Source: Faecousia sp. (GTDB lineage: Bacteria > Bacillota > Clostridia > Oscillospirales > Oscillospiraceae). From it: a stretch of 64,000 bases of DNA. Below the pieces are notes generated by a model. The model had not been told where the DNA came from. It saw nothing but the letters and a program-made list of their open reading frames with translations, and did no database searches. The stretch lies in the NCBI GenBank assembly GCA_045121575.1, contig JBGVGH010000047.1, forward strand, positions 940 through 64,939. The letters run 5' to 3'. Below, one piece after another: positions 28,037-37,535 of the stretch (the stretch's first letter is position 1; each line of letters begins with the position of its first letter). The position numbers and the translations under genes are program-made.

Positions 28037-29044
28037 TCACACGCCGAAGAGCTGGGCGATGGCCTTTTCATCCAGCTTGGAGCCGATGACGCACAGCTTG
28101 CCAATCACCGCAGCGGAACCCATGCGGACATTGGCCTCTTCCGGCACATAGTCGAAGTGAATCCAGCCGCCGTCGGCGCAGGCAACAATGCCCTTGGCCC
28201 GCAGAACCGCGCCGTAGGAACCGGTGTCCAGCGCCTCCAGTGCCTTCTGGATGCCCTCTACCGTGAATTTGCCTGCCGTTTCCACGCCCCAGGAGGTAAA
28301 CACCTCGTCGGCATGGTGGTGATGATGGTCATGGTCGTGGTGGCCGCAGCAGCAATCTTCCTCATGGTCGTGATGATGCTCATGGTCGTGGTCGTGGTGG
28401 TGATGATGCTCGTGGTGATGCTCCAGCTCCTCCTGTTCCTTCTGCAGGGAGCTCTGTCCCTCCATGGCTTCCTGCAGCTGGGCGCCGGTCAGCTCGTCCC
28501 AGGGTGCCACCACCAGCGCCGCGTGGTCATTGTGCTCCCGCAGCAGGGCCACGGCAGCGTCCAGCTTTGCCTGAGGGATGGCGTTGGTGCGGGAGAGGAT
28601 AATGGTATCAGCGGTTTCGATTTGGTTGTTGTAGAACTCGCCAAAGTTCTTCATATAAATCTTCACCTTGCCGGCATCGGCAACCGCCACCTTATAGCCC
28701 AGCACCACATCGTCGGAAATCACCTTCTCCACCGCAGCCACCACATCCGACAGCTTGCCCACGCCGGAAGGCTCAATCACAATGCGGTCAGGGTGATACT
28801 GCTCGATGACCTGGGTCAGTGCCTTGCCAAAGTCGCCCACCAGAGAGCAGCAGATGCAGCCGGAGTTCATCTCCGTAATATTGATGCCCGCGTCCTGCAA
28901 AAATCCGCCATCGATGCCGATTTCACCGAACTCATTTTCGATGAGGACAAGCTGCTCGCCCTTGTAGGCTTCCTGAATCATCTTCTTAATCAAAGTGGTC
29001 TTACCGGCGCCCAAAAAGCCGGAATAAATGTCAATTTTGGTCAT
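28037..29044 (-). CDS. COG0523/CobW-family GTP-binding metallochaperone with a His/Cys-rich insert
   Basis: GFLGAGKTTL P-loop, GCICCS metal motif, ViEPSGvg switch. The His-rich tract ELEHHHEHHHHHDHDHEHHHDHEEDCCCGHHDHDHHHHH is encoded at 28310-28420. Confidence 0.85.
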   Translation of the reverse strand: MTKIDIYSGFLGAGKTTLIKKMIQEAYKGEQLVLIENEFGEIGIDGGFLQDAGINITEMNSGCICCSLVGDFGKALTQVIEQYHPDRIVIEPSGVGKLSDVVAAVEKVISDDVVLGYKVAVADAGKVKIYMKNFGEFYNNQIETADTIILSRTNAIPQAKLDAAVALLREHNDHAALVVAPWDELTGAQLQEAMEGQSSLQKEQEELEHHHEHHHHHDHDHEHHHDHEEDCCCGHHDHDHHHHHADEVFTSWGVETAGKFTVEGIQKALEALDTGSYGAVLRAKGIVACADGGWIHFDYVPEEANVRMGSAAVIGKLCVIGSKLDEKAIAQLFGV

Positions 29045-29141
29045 ACAAAATGCCTCCTGTATTTTTCGCTTTTGTTATTATATCACGGTAAAAATTGTTT
29101 TTCTACCCTTTTTCAAAAAAAGATGCCCTGATACATCCGCA

Positions 29142-29747
29142 TCAGGGCTTCTTTTCCTCATAATCAAAAGCATAGTACCCGCAGGCGTTGATGACCGTGG
29201 TGTTTTCCAGCTCCGTCAGCCGGGGGACATCGTGGCCATATTCCATGTGGATATGGCCATGGATAAAGTACCGGGGCTTGTATTTTTCCAAAAGCTCATT
29301 AAAGCACTCAAACCCCCGGTGAGGCAGCGTGTCAAAGTCATTGAGCCCTCTGGCTGGCGCGTGGGTCATCAAAATGTCAAAGCCCTTGTTCTTGCGAATT
29401 TGGCGATTGAGTTTCCGAATCCGCTTGCGCATTTGCTTTTCGGAATACATATACTTGCCCGGACGGTAGCAATAAGAGCCACCCAGCCCCAAAATGCGGA
29501 TGCCCTTGTAAACATACAGGCAGTCATCGACGCAGTCACAGCCCTCCGGGGGGTGCGTGTCAAATCTTTCATCGTGATTTCCGTGGATATACAGCACCGG
29601 ACACCGGGCCATGGTCACTAAGAATTCCATATAGGCCGGCTTTAGGTCACCGCAGGCCAGAATCAAATCGTATTCTGCCAGCACCCCCGGCACATAATAA
29701 TCATAAAAATGCTGGGCTTCCACATCGGAAACAGCCAATATCCGCAC
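29142..29747 (-). CDS. Metallophosphoesterase (calcineurin-like)
   Basis: ILAVSD, ACGDL and IHGNHD motifs. Confidence 0.8.
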   Translation of the reverse strand: MRILAVSDVEAQHFYDYYVPGVLAEYDLILACGDLKPAYMEFLVTMARCPVLYIHGNHDERFDTHPPEGCDCVDDCLYVYKGIRILGLGGSYCYRPGKYMYSEKQMRKRIRKLNRQIRKNKGFDILMTHAPARGLNDFDTLPHRGFECFNELLEKYKPRYFIHGHIHMEYGHDVPRLTELENTTVINACGYYAFDYEEKKP

Positions 29748-29785
29748 GAAATCACTTCCTTGCTCTCTTTTGTACCGGATGAATG

Positions 29786-30991
29786 TTATACCTTCATCAC
29801 TTCTCTGCGGTAGCGGGCGATGCCCTTTTCCAGCAGCTCCATGGCACGGCGCAGCCGGTCCTCCTGCAAGATGTAGGCGATGCGGACTTCGTCCATACCC
29901 TTACCGGGCGTGGCATAGAAGGGCGCGCCCGGCGCAAACATCACCGTTTCCCCGTTATCCGCAAAGTCCGTCAGCAGCCAGTTCTGGAATCTATCTGTAT
30001 CGTCCACCGGCAGCCGGGCCATCACATAGAAGGCACCCATGGGCTTTTCCACCAGCACGCCGGGGATGGCCCGCAGGCAGTCAATCACCAAATCCCGCCG
30101 CTTTTCATACTCCCTCCGGCAGGCAGCGTAAAAATCCGTTCCCACGGTGTAAAGCTTTGCCGCTGCCACCTGATCCATGGTTGCCACCGCCAGTCGGGAC
30201 TGGCAGAATTTCAGCAGTGCCTTCTGCAAGGACTTATTTTTGGTGATGGCGCAGCCCACCCGGGCGCCACAGGCGGAAAACCGCTTGGACACGGAATCAA
30301 TCAGCACCAGATTCTCCGCAATATCCTCAAAAATACCCATAGTGGGGACACTGCCGGAGCGGTCGTAGCAGAACTCCCGGTACACCTCGTCGCTGACAAG
30401 GTACAATCCATGCGCCTTTGCCACATCGGCAATCATCCGCATTTCTTCATCCGTCAGGGCCACGCCTGTGGGATTGCCGGGATTGGTAATCAAAATGGCC
30501 CGGGTGTTGGGGTTGATCAGCGCCTCCAGCCGGTCCCGGAAGGCATAGCGGTAGCCCTCCTCCGGGCAGGTGGGCAGAGGGCGGATGACGCCGCCGGCCA
30601 TGGTGGCAAAGGTGGCATAATTGGGATAAAAAGGTTCCGGCACGATCATTTCCGAGCCGGGGTCCAAAATGCAGTTGCACACCAGCATCAGCGCTTCACT
30701 TCCGCCGGTGGTAATCAGCACATCCCCCCGCTCCAGTTCCACGCCCAAGCCCCTGTAATAACCACGAATGGCATCAATCAGAGCCGGATGGCCGGGCGAT
30801 TCGGAATAAGACAGGGTTTTCTGATTAAACTGCCGCACCGCGTCGTAAAATACCTCCGGGGTGGGCAGGTCAGGCTGTCCGATGTTCAAATGATAGATAT
30901 TCATTCCCCGCTCTTTTGCGGCCACCGCCAGCGGATGGTACTTCCGCATCGGCGAGGACTCACAGCGGTTGGCTTTGTCTGAGATTTTCAT
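29786..30991 (-). CDS. PLP-dependent aminotransferase, class I/II (aspartate/aromatic type)
   Basis: NIGQPDLPTP, NPGNPTG and SVSKRFSACGARVG (PLP lysine) motifs. Start taken at the second ATG after GGAGGA. Confidence 0.85.
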   Translation of the reverse strand: MKISDKANRCESSPMRKYHPLAVAAKERGMNIYHLNIGQPDLPTPEVFYDAVRQFNQKTLSYSESPGHPALIDAIRGYYRGLGVELERGDVLITTGGSEALMLVCNCILDPGSEMIVPEPFYPNYATFATMAGGVIRPLPTCPEEGYRYAFRDRLEALINPNTRAILITNPGNPTGVALTDEEMRMIADVAKAHGLYLVSDEVYREFCYDRSGSVPTMGIFEDIAENLVLIDSVSKRFSACGARVGCAITKNKSLQKALLKFCQSRLAVATMDQVAAAKLYTVGTDFYAACRREYEKRRDLVIDCLRAIPGVLVEKPMGAFYVMARLPVDDTDRFQNWLLTDFADNGETVMFAPGAPFYATPGKGMDEVRIAYILQEDRLRRAMELLEKGIARYRREVMKV

Positions 30992-32375
30992 CATATCCTC
31001 CACGGGCAGATGTGGTGCTGCCCTTCTTTTCATATTCTTTCGTTAATTTCACCACTTCCGGGGTCAAAATCCCCAGAGCAAGCAGATTGGGAATGGCCAT
31101 CAGGCCATTGACGATTTCAGCCAGGCGCCAAACCGTCCCGGTTTGCAGCACCGCTCCCAGCACCACCGTGGATGCCTGCAGAAACACAAAGGGCTTCCAC
31201 GCCCCCTCCCCAAAGAGAAACTGAGCGCAGCGGATGCCATACAGCCCCCAGCCCAGCACCGTTGCCAGTGCCAGCAGGCACAGCGCAAGCGAAATCGCCA
31301 CCGACACCCATGGGCCCAGCACCGCAGTGAAGCCGGCGGTGGTCAGGCTGATGCCCACATCCTGTCCATAGGGAATTTTCACGCCGCTGCACAAAATGAC
31401 CAGCGCCGTCAGGGTGCAGATGACGATGGTATCTACAAATACCTCCACAATGCCCATCATCCCCTGCTCCACCGGGTGTTTTACATCCGCGGCAGCGTGG
31501 GCGATGCCCGCTGTGCCCATGCCGGCCTCATTGGTAAAGATGCCTCTGGAAACGCCGATGCGCAGCGCACCGATGGCAGAACCCACTGCCCCGCCGGTCA
31601 CTGCCGACGGAGAAAAGGCCCCCTCCAAAATGGCGGCAAAGGCTCTGGGCACTTCGCCCAGCCGCAGCACCAGCACCAGCAGGCACAGCAGCAAATAAAG
31701 CGCCGCCACAAAGGGAACCAGCTTTTCCGCCGCACGCCCAATGCGCCGGGCACCGCCCAGAAGCATCAGTCCGATGAGCGCCGCCAGTGCCGCCCCCAGC
31801 GCCAGATTGCCCCAGGGGGGCATTTCCAGCCGGAAGCAGGAAAGGCCGCCCTCAATGCTGCGGATAACCGTATTGATTTGGGTGGCATTGCCCACGCCGA
31901 AGGCGGCAATCACCCCGAAAAAGCTATATACCGTGGCAAGAATGCGGTATTTATTCCCCATTCCGCCCAGAATCACATACATCGGGCCGCCAACCCATTC
32001 GCCGCTTCCGTTTTTGCGGCGGTAGCGGACTGCCAGAACCGCTTCGCTGAATTTCAGCATCATCCCCAGGATGCCGCAAATCCACATCCAGAAGATGGCG
32101 CCCGGCCCGCCGATGGAAATAGCCCCTGCCACCCCCGCCAGATTTCCGGTGCCCACCGTTGCCGCCAGAGCGGTACACAGGGCCCGAAAGGAGGAGGTGC
32201 CGTTGGAAGCCTTTTCTTTGCTCAAAAGCCGGCCACAAAAGCGGCGCACCGCCGCCGGGAACAGCCGAAGCTGGGCAAATCCACTTCTCACGGACAAATA
32301 TACACCCACAGCCAGAATCAGCACCAGCGCCGGAATGCCCCAGACCAGCTCGTACGCTTTTTGCAATATCACCAC
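30960..32375 (-). CDS. Alanine/glycine:cation symporter (AGCS family)
   Basis: SSFRALCTALAATVGTGNLAGVAGAISIGGPGAIFWMW signature. Confidence 0.85.
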   Translation of the reverse strand: MVILQKAYELVWGIPALVLILAVGVYLSVRSGFAQLRLFPAAVRRFCGRLLSKEKASNGTSSFRALCTALAATVGTGNLAGVAGAISIGGPGAIFWMWICGILGMMLKFSEAVLAVRYRRKNGSGEWVGGPMYVILGGMGNKYRILATVYSFFGVIAAFGVGNATQINTVIRSIEGGLSCFRLEMPPWGNLALGAALAALIGLMLLGGARRIGRAAEKLVPFVAALYLLLCLLVLVLRLGEVPRAFAAILEGAFSPSAVTGGAVGSAIGALRIGVSRGIFTNEAGMGTAGIAHAAADVKHPVEQGMMGIVEVFVDTIVICTLTALVILCSGVKIPYGQDVGISLTTAGFTAVLGPWVSVAISLALCLLALATVLGWGLYGIRCAQFLFGEGAWKPFVFLQASTVVLGAVLQTGTVWRLAEIVNGLMAIPNLLALGILTPEVVKLTKEYEKKGSTTSARGGYDENLRQSQPL

Positions 32376-32426
32376 GATTCACCCCCATAGAATATCATAA
32401 ATTGCCCCTTTTTTCAACCTTTTCAA

Positions 32427-32460
32427 TAAAAAAAGCAGTTCCTTTTCGGAACTGCTTTTG
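32427..32460. terminator. Bidirectional-looking terminator
   Basis: agcagttcc ttttc ggaactgct, flanked by an A-run and a T-run. Confidence 0.6.
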
Positions 32461-32473
32461 TAAAAAACGGATT

Positions 32474-32815
32474 TTATTCCCAAGTGGCCCAGATTTCCGG
32501 GCAGAAGCCCACCGTCGCCTGTTTTCCGTTGCGGACGATGGGGGTTTTCATCAGGCCGGGATTGTCGAAAACCTTATCTTCCTTGGCGATTTTGTCATCC
32601 ATATAGCGCATCAGGGTGATTTCCGGGTCATTTTTCTCCCAGTCGATGAGATTATCAATGCCACCCACCGCCCGCAGCACGCTGTCGAACTCCTTGCCGG
32701 ACAAGCCGAAGCGTAGTAAATCCACGGACTGAAATTTGATGCGTCGCTCCTTGAAATAGCGCTCAGCCTTCTTTGTATCAAAGCACTTGTTTTTTCCAAA
32801 TATCTGAATATTCAA
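32474..32815 (-). CDS. ArsC/Spx-family (glutaredoxin-like, YffB-type) protein
   Basis: IQIFGKNKCFDTKKAERYF...TPIVRNGK pattern. TTG start overlaps the truA-2 TGA, with GGAGG 7 nt upstream. The track start at 32836 is an alternative. Confidence 0.65.
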   Translation of the reverse strand: MNIQIFGKNKCFDTKKAERYFKERRIKFQSVDLLRFGLSGKEFDSVLRAVGGIDNLIDWEKNDPEITLMRYMDDKIAKEDKVFDNPGLMKTPIVRNGKQATVGFCPEIWATWE

Positions 32816-33546
32816 TACTGTACCTCCACCAGACACAGCCCCTGGGGCGGCATCAGCACACCTGCTTCGCTGCGTTTTTTTCCAAAAAGCTGCGCAACGC
32901 TCTCCGGGCTGCGGCTCCCCCGCCCCACTTCCACCAGTGTTCCGGTGAGAATCCGCACCATGTTGTAAAGGAAGCCGTTTCCTGTAAACAGGAGCTGTAC
33001 TTCCTCCCCAACCCGGCAGATTTCGATGGAATCGATACGGCGGACAGTGGATTTTTTCATGTGGTTATTTCCGCAAAAGGCAGAAAAATCATGCTCGCCC
33101 AGAAGAAATTCCGCCGCTTTTCTCATGCTGTCGCAGTCCAGTTTTTCCTGCACCACCGTCACAAAACGGCGCTGAAAAACGCAGGGCTGGCTGCTGTTCC
33201 AGATGCGGTAGCGGTAGGTTTTGGATTTGGCATTCAGCCGGGCATGAAACCTGTCCGACACCTGCTTACAGGAATATATGCCGATATCCTCCGGCAAATA
33301 CCGCCGCAGTTGGGAAAGAATATCCTGGCAGGGCATGGGATTTTCGCAGTGGAAGCTGGCCACCTGCCCCTCCGCATGGACACCGGCATCGGTTCGCCCG
33401 CTGCCGGACAGCTCCACCGGCTCCTCCAAGATTCTGGACAGTGCCGTTTCCAGCTTTCCCTGTATGGTATTGTCCACACCGGGCAGGCGCTGCCAGCCAC
33501 GGTACCGGGTGCCGTCGTAGCACACATCCAGACGCAGATTTCGCAT
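32812..33546 (-). CDS. truA: Second tRNA pseudouridine synthase A paralog
   Basis: LRLDVCYDGTRYRGWQ...GSGRTDAGVHAEGQVASF...GNGFLYNMVRI. Confidence 0.85.
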   Translation of the reverse strand: MRNLRLDVCYDGTRYRGWQRLPGVDNTIQGKLETALSRILEEPVELSGSGRTDAGVHAEGQVASFHCENPMPCQDILSQLRRYLPEDIGIYSCKQVSDRFHARLNAKSKTYRYRIWNSSQPCVFQRRFVTVVQEKLDCDSMRKAAEFLLGEHDFSAFCGNNHMKKSTVRRIDSIEICRVGEEVQLLFTGNGFLYNMVRILTGTLVEVGRGSRSPESVAQLFGKKRSEAGVLMPPQGLCLVEVQY

Positions 33547-33558
33547 GATAACGCTTCC

Positions 33559-34494
33559 TTATTTCGTCACTTGCTGCTCCTGCAGCCAGCGGAGGATGTG
33601 TCCGTAGACTTCCTCCTTGTTGATTTCGTTCAGCAGCTCATGGCGGCACAGCGGGTAAATGCGGATGTCCACGCGGGTCATGCCGGCTTTGCCGAACTCC
33701 TTCCACGCCTTGGTCACGCCTTCGCCGTAACCGCCCACCGGATCGTCCCCGCCGGAGATGAAGAGCACCGGCAAATCCTTGCGCATTTTCGCCAGATTTT
33801 CCGGCTCCTGGTTAAACCGCAGACCCAGCAGCATATCCCGGGCAAGTCCCGCCGTCACATCAAAGCCGCACCAGGAGTCAGCTATGTAGGCATCCACCAC
33901 CGCATTGTCCCGTGTCAGCCAGTCGTATGCCGTCCGCTTATGCTCCACCCGGCTGTTATAGGTGCCGAACATCATGGTACTGACCATCTTATTGGGCTTA
34001 TCCTCGCCGCTGGTTTTGCAGGCCAGACGGGCCGCCGCCAGGCCGGTGTTGATGAGGCCCCGGTGCATCCAGGCTGTGCCGCAGAGAATGGCGGCGCTGA
34101 TGCCGCAATTGGGATACTTGATGAGCATGGTGCGCACCATAAACGAGCCCATGGAGTGCCCCAGCAGAATATAGGGCACATCCGGCTGCTCCATGCGGGT
34201 GTAGCTCAGGAGCCGGTGGGTATCGGCCACCGCCTTGAACCATCCACCGTCAAAATAGCCGGGGACGCCGCTTTCGCCAATGGAGCCGCCATGGCCCATA
34301 TGGTCCTCAGCCACCACAAGGAAGCCCTGCTGGGCCATGAAGGTGGCAAATTCATCATAGCGGGCGGCATATTCAGCAATGCCATGGACGATTTGCAGCA
34401 CCGCTTTGGGCTTTCCCTCCGGCTCCCAGCGGCAGCCGTGAATCATGCCTTTTCCATAAGACGGATAGTAAAAATCCGAGCGCATAGCCTTCAC
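33559..34494 (-). CDS. Alpha/beta hydrolase (lysophospholipase/monoacylglycerol lipase-like)
   Basis: GHSMGS nucleophile elbow and HGIAEYAARY motif. Confidence 0.75.
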   Translation of the reverse strand: MKAMRSDFYYPSYGKGMIHGCRWEPEGKPKAVLQIVHGIAEYAARYDEFATFMAQQGFLVVAEDHMGHGGSIGESGVPGYFDGGWFKAVADTHRLLSYTRMEQPDVPYILLGHSMGSFMVRTMLIKYPNCGISAAILCGTAWMHRGLINTGLAAARLACKTSGEDKPNKMVSTMMFGTYNSRVEHKRTAYDWLTRDNAVVDAYIADSWCGFDVTAGLARDMLLGLRFNQEPENLAKMRKDLPVLFISGGDDPVGGYGEGVTKAWKEFGKAGMTRVDIRIYPLCRHELLNEINKEEVYGHILRWLQEQQVTK

Positions 34495-34495
34495 C

Positions 34496-36964
34496 TCATT
34501 TCAGAACTTCGTAACCGGCATCCGTAATTGCCTTCTTCAGTGCCGCTGCGTCCGCGCTGCCCCGCACCGTCACCTGTTTCTTTTCCAAATCCACCACGGC
34601 ATCCTCTGTGCCGGCAACCGCCTTGCATGCCTGTTCCACTCTGGCCTTGCAATGGATACACATCATGCCGTCTACCTTAATCACCTGTTCCATAACCTGT
34701 TCCTCCTTGACCTGAATTTCCTCATTTTTCACCTGAAGCGCCCCGGTTTTCGGCCGGAAAAACCGCAGCCGCAGCGCGTTACTCACCACAAAAACAGAGC
34801 TGAAGCTCATAGCCGCCGCCCCCAGCATGGGGCTCAGCTGCAACCCGAAGGCCGGATACAGCACACCAGCTGCCACAGGAATCCCCAGCGTATTATAAAA
34901 GAATGCCCAGAACAGATTCTGCCGGATGTTGCGGATGGTGGCCCGGCTCAGCTCCACCGCCCGGCTGATGCCGGACAGCGACCCGGACATCAGCACCACA
35001 TCTGCCGATTCCACCGCAATGTCCGTACCAGCACCGATGGCCATGCCCACATCCGCCGTCACCAGCGCCGGGGCATCGTTGATGCCGTCGCCCACCATCA
35101 AAACCCGGCGTCCCTGCTCTTGCAGGGATTTCACTGCACCGGCTTTTTCACCGGGCAGCACATCGGAAACAACCCGATCGATTCCCGCCTTTTGGGCAAT
35201 AGCCCCGGCGGTCAAAGTATTGTCGCCGGTGAGCATCACCACGGAGAGCCCCAGCTTTTTTAGGCTCTGCACCGCATCGGCGGAATCCGCCTTCAGCACA
35301 TCCGCCGCGGCGATGGCACCGAGATAGGTACCGTCCTCCGCTCCGAAATACAGCGGGGTCTTGCCCTCCTGGGCCAGCGCCGGATATTCCGGCACCGAAA
35401 CGCCTTTGCTTTCCAGCAACCTGCGGTTGCCACCAAAATATTTTTTGCCGGAAATCACGGCAGAAACCCCGAAACCGGGTAATGTTTCAAACTCTTCCGC
35501 CGTTTCATATTTCACACCCGCCGCCGCGTCCATAATGGCTTTGGCAAAAGGATGTTCCGATTTTTCTTCCAGCGAAGCGGCAATTTTCAGCAGGCCGCAA
35601 CCGGCGGTTGCCTCCAGAATGTCCGTCACCACCGGGTGTCCAGCGGTAAGAGTGCCTGTTTTATCCAGCACCACCGTATCCACCCGGTGCAGATTTTCCA
35701 GTGCGGCGGCATTCTTGAACAGCACGCCCATGGACGCGCCCCGCCCGGTGCCCACCATGATGGCAACCGGCGTTGCCAGTCCCAGGGCGCAGGGGCAGGA
35801 AATCACCAGCACCGAAATGGCAGTGGTCAGGGAAAACTCCAGCCCGGCACCCAATCCCATCCACACAATAAATGCAATCAGGGCGATGGACATAACCACC
35901 GGGACAAAAATTCCAGCAATTTTATCTGCCAGCCGGGCAATGGGCGCCTTGGAACCCCCCGCCTCCTCCACCATGCGGATGATTTTGGAAAGGGTGGTAT
36001 CCTCACCCACACAGTCGGCCCGCAGGGTCAGAAAGCCACTGCGGCTGATGGTGGCGGCAGCTACCGTGTCTCCCACCGTCTTTTCCACCGGGACACTTTC
36101 CCCGGTCAGGGCGCTTTGGTCCACGGAGGCGGTGCCGGAGAGCACCGTGCCATCCACCGGGATACTGCCGCCGGCACGCACCAGCATCGTATCCCCCACC
36201 CGGACTTCTTCCACCGGGATTTCGACTTCCTCACCGCCCCGCAGCACCGTTGCGGTTTTCGGCCGCAGGTTCATCAGCTGGCGGATGGCGTCGCCGGTCT
36301 TTCCCTTTGCTCTGGCTTCCAGGAACTTGCCCAATGTCACCAGAGTCAAAATCGTCGCCGCGGATTCAAAATACAGGTTGTGCCCGTATGCCTGCACCCG
36401 TTCCCAGTCGCCCCGCTGCATGGCATCCGCCATCAAAAACAGCACCGCGATTCCGTAGACCAGCGCAGCGCCGGAGCCCACCGCAATCAGAGAATCCATA
36501 TTGGGCGCGCGATGTGCCAGGGCTTTGAACCCTCTGGTATAGTAAGCCCGGTTGAGGAAAACCACCGGCAATGTGAGGAAAAACTGCAGCAGCGCCCCAA
36601 TCATGGGATTGTGATGGTACCACCCGGGCACCGGCAGGCCTGCCATGTGCCCCATGGTAAAATACATGAGAATCACCAGCAGCACCGCCGAGCCGATGAT
36701 GCGTTTTTTCATCTCCCCCAGGCCGGTATCCCGGGGCATGGGCGGCTGGGTGGGCTTTTTGCCGGAGGAGATTCCATATCCGGCTTCCGTCACCGCTTTC
36801 TCAATTTCCGCCGTCACCGCCGGATTTTCTGCCTCCACGGTCATTTTTCCGGCCAGCAGGTTCACTTCTACCCGGCTGACGCCCGGAACGGCGGATGTCA
36901 CCTTCTCCACCCGGGCAGAGCAGGCCGCGCAGGTCATGCCCGTCACTTCAAACTTCAGTTTCAT
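34496..36964 (-). CDS. copA: Copper-translocating P1B-type ATPase
   Basis: N-terminal HMA GMTCAACSARVE, CPC motif (SCPCALGLATP), DKTGTLT, GDGINDAP. An additional C-terminal HMA-like domain has MMCIHCKARVE. Confidence 0.9.
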   Translation of the reverse strand: MKLKFEVTGMTCAACSARVEKVTSAVPGVSRVEVNLLAGKMTVEAENPAVTAEIEKAVTEAGYGISSGKKPTQPPMPRDTGLGEMKKRIIGSAVLLVILMYFTMGHMAGLPVPGWYHHNPMIGALLQFFLTLPVVFLNRAYYTRGFKALAHRAPNMDSLIAVGSGAALVYGIAVLFLMADAMQRGDWERVQAYGHNLYFESAATILTLVTLGKFLEARAKGKTGDAIRQLMNLRPKTATVLRGGEEVEIPVEEVRVGDTMLVRAGGSIPVDGTVLSGTASVDQSALTGESVPVEKTVGDTVAAATISRSGFLTLRADCVGEDTTLSKIIRMVEEAGGSKAPIARLADKIAGIFVPVVMSIALIAFIVWMGLGAGLEFSLTTAISVLVISCPCALGLATPVAIMVGTGRGASMGVLFKNAAALENLHRVDTVVLDKTGTLTAGHPVVTDILEATAGCGLLKIAASLEEKSEHPFAKAIMDAAAGVKYETAEEFETLPGFGVSAVISGKKYFGGNRRLLESKGVSVPEYPALAQEGKTPLYFGAEDGTYLGAIAAADVLKADSADAVQSLKKLGLSVVMLTGDNTLTAGAIAQKAGIDRVVSDVLPGEKAGAVKSLQEQGRRVLMVGDGINDAPALVTADVGMAIGAGTDIAVESADVVLMSGSLSGISRAVELSRATIRNIRQNLFWAFFYNTLGIPVAAGVLYPAFGLQLSPMLGAAAMSFSSVFVVSNALRLRFFRPKTGALQVKNEEIQVKEEQVMEQVIKVDGMMCIHCKARVEQACKAVAGTEDAVVDLEKKQVTVRGSADAAALKKAITDAGYEVLK

Positions 36965-37144
36965 AAAAACGCTCCGTTTCTTTTGTTATTATCCGTCATT
37001 TCCGCCGAAAAATCAACCACCGCAAGTAAAAAATTATTGACAGATTTGTGACATTGTGCTACCATTTTAACACAATCGTCCAAAATGGCAAGTATGCACC
37101 TTTTTGTACCATACTACCCTTTTGGGTACCAAGGAGGTATTTCC

Positions 37145-37510
37145 GTGAAAAGCCAGCAAAATTGCCCGGTTGAAGCCACGCTGGATCTCATTGGCGGCAA
37201 ATACAAGGCTCTGATTCTCTGGCATCTTTCCACCAGCAAGCTGCGCTACTGTCAACTGCGGGACCGTCTGGATGGCATCACTCCTAAAATGCTGACCCAG
37301 CAGTTGCGGGAGCTGGAATCCAAGCAGCTGATTCACCGGGAGGTATTTCCCATCGTCCCCCCCAAGGTGGAGTATTCCCTCACCGAATTGGGCCAAAGTC
37401 TGATGCCCATTCTCGTTGCCATGCGGGACTGGGGCGCATCCTATCTGCGGCAGTCCAAGGTGGAGCCCGACTGCTTCATGATGACCCCCGCCGCCCTTCC
37501 CAATCTTTGA
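37145..37510 (+). CDS. HxlR-family winged-helix transcriptional regulator
   Basis: CPVEATLDLIGGKYKALILWHL...YSLTELG pattern. GTG start after AAGGAGG. Confidence 0.8.
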   Translation: MKSQQNCPVEATLDLIGGKYKALILWHLSTSKLRYCQLRDRLDGITPKMLTQQLRELESKQLIHREVFPIVPPKVEYSLTELGQSLMPILVAMRDWGASYLRQSKVEPDCFMMTPAALPNL

Positions 37511-37535
37511 GAACATCTATGAAAGGAATTTTTTC

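Noticed and set aside
28310-28420. The CAT/CAC/GAC-rich DNA as a non-coding microsatellite.
   Set aside because: It lies in frame inside the CobW-family CDS and encodes the His/Asp/Cys tract. The units are not a strict tandem repeat.
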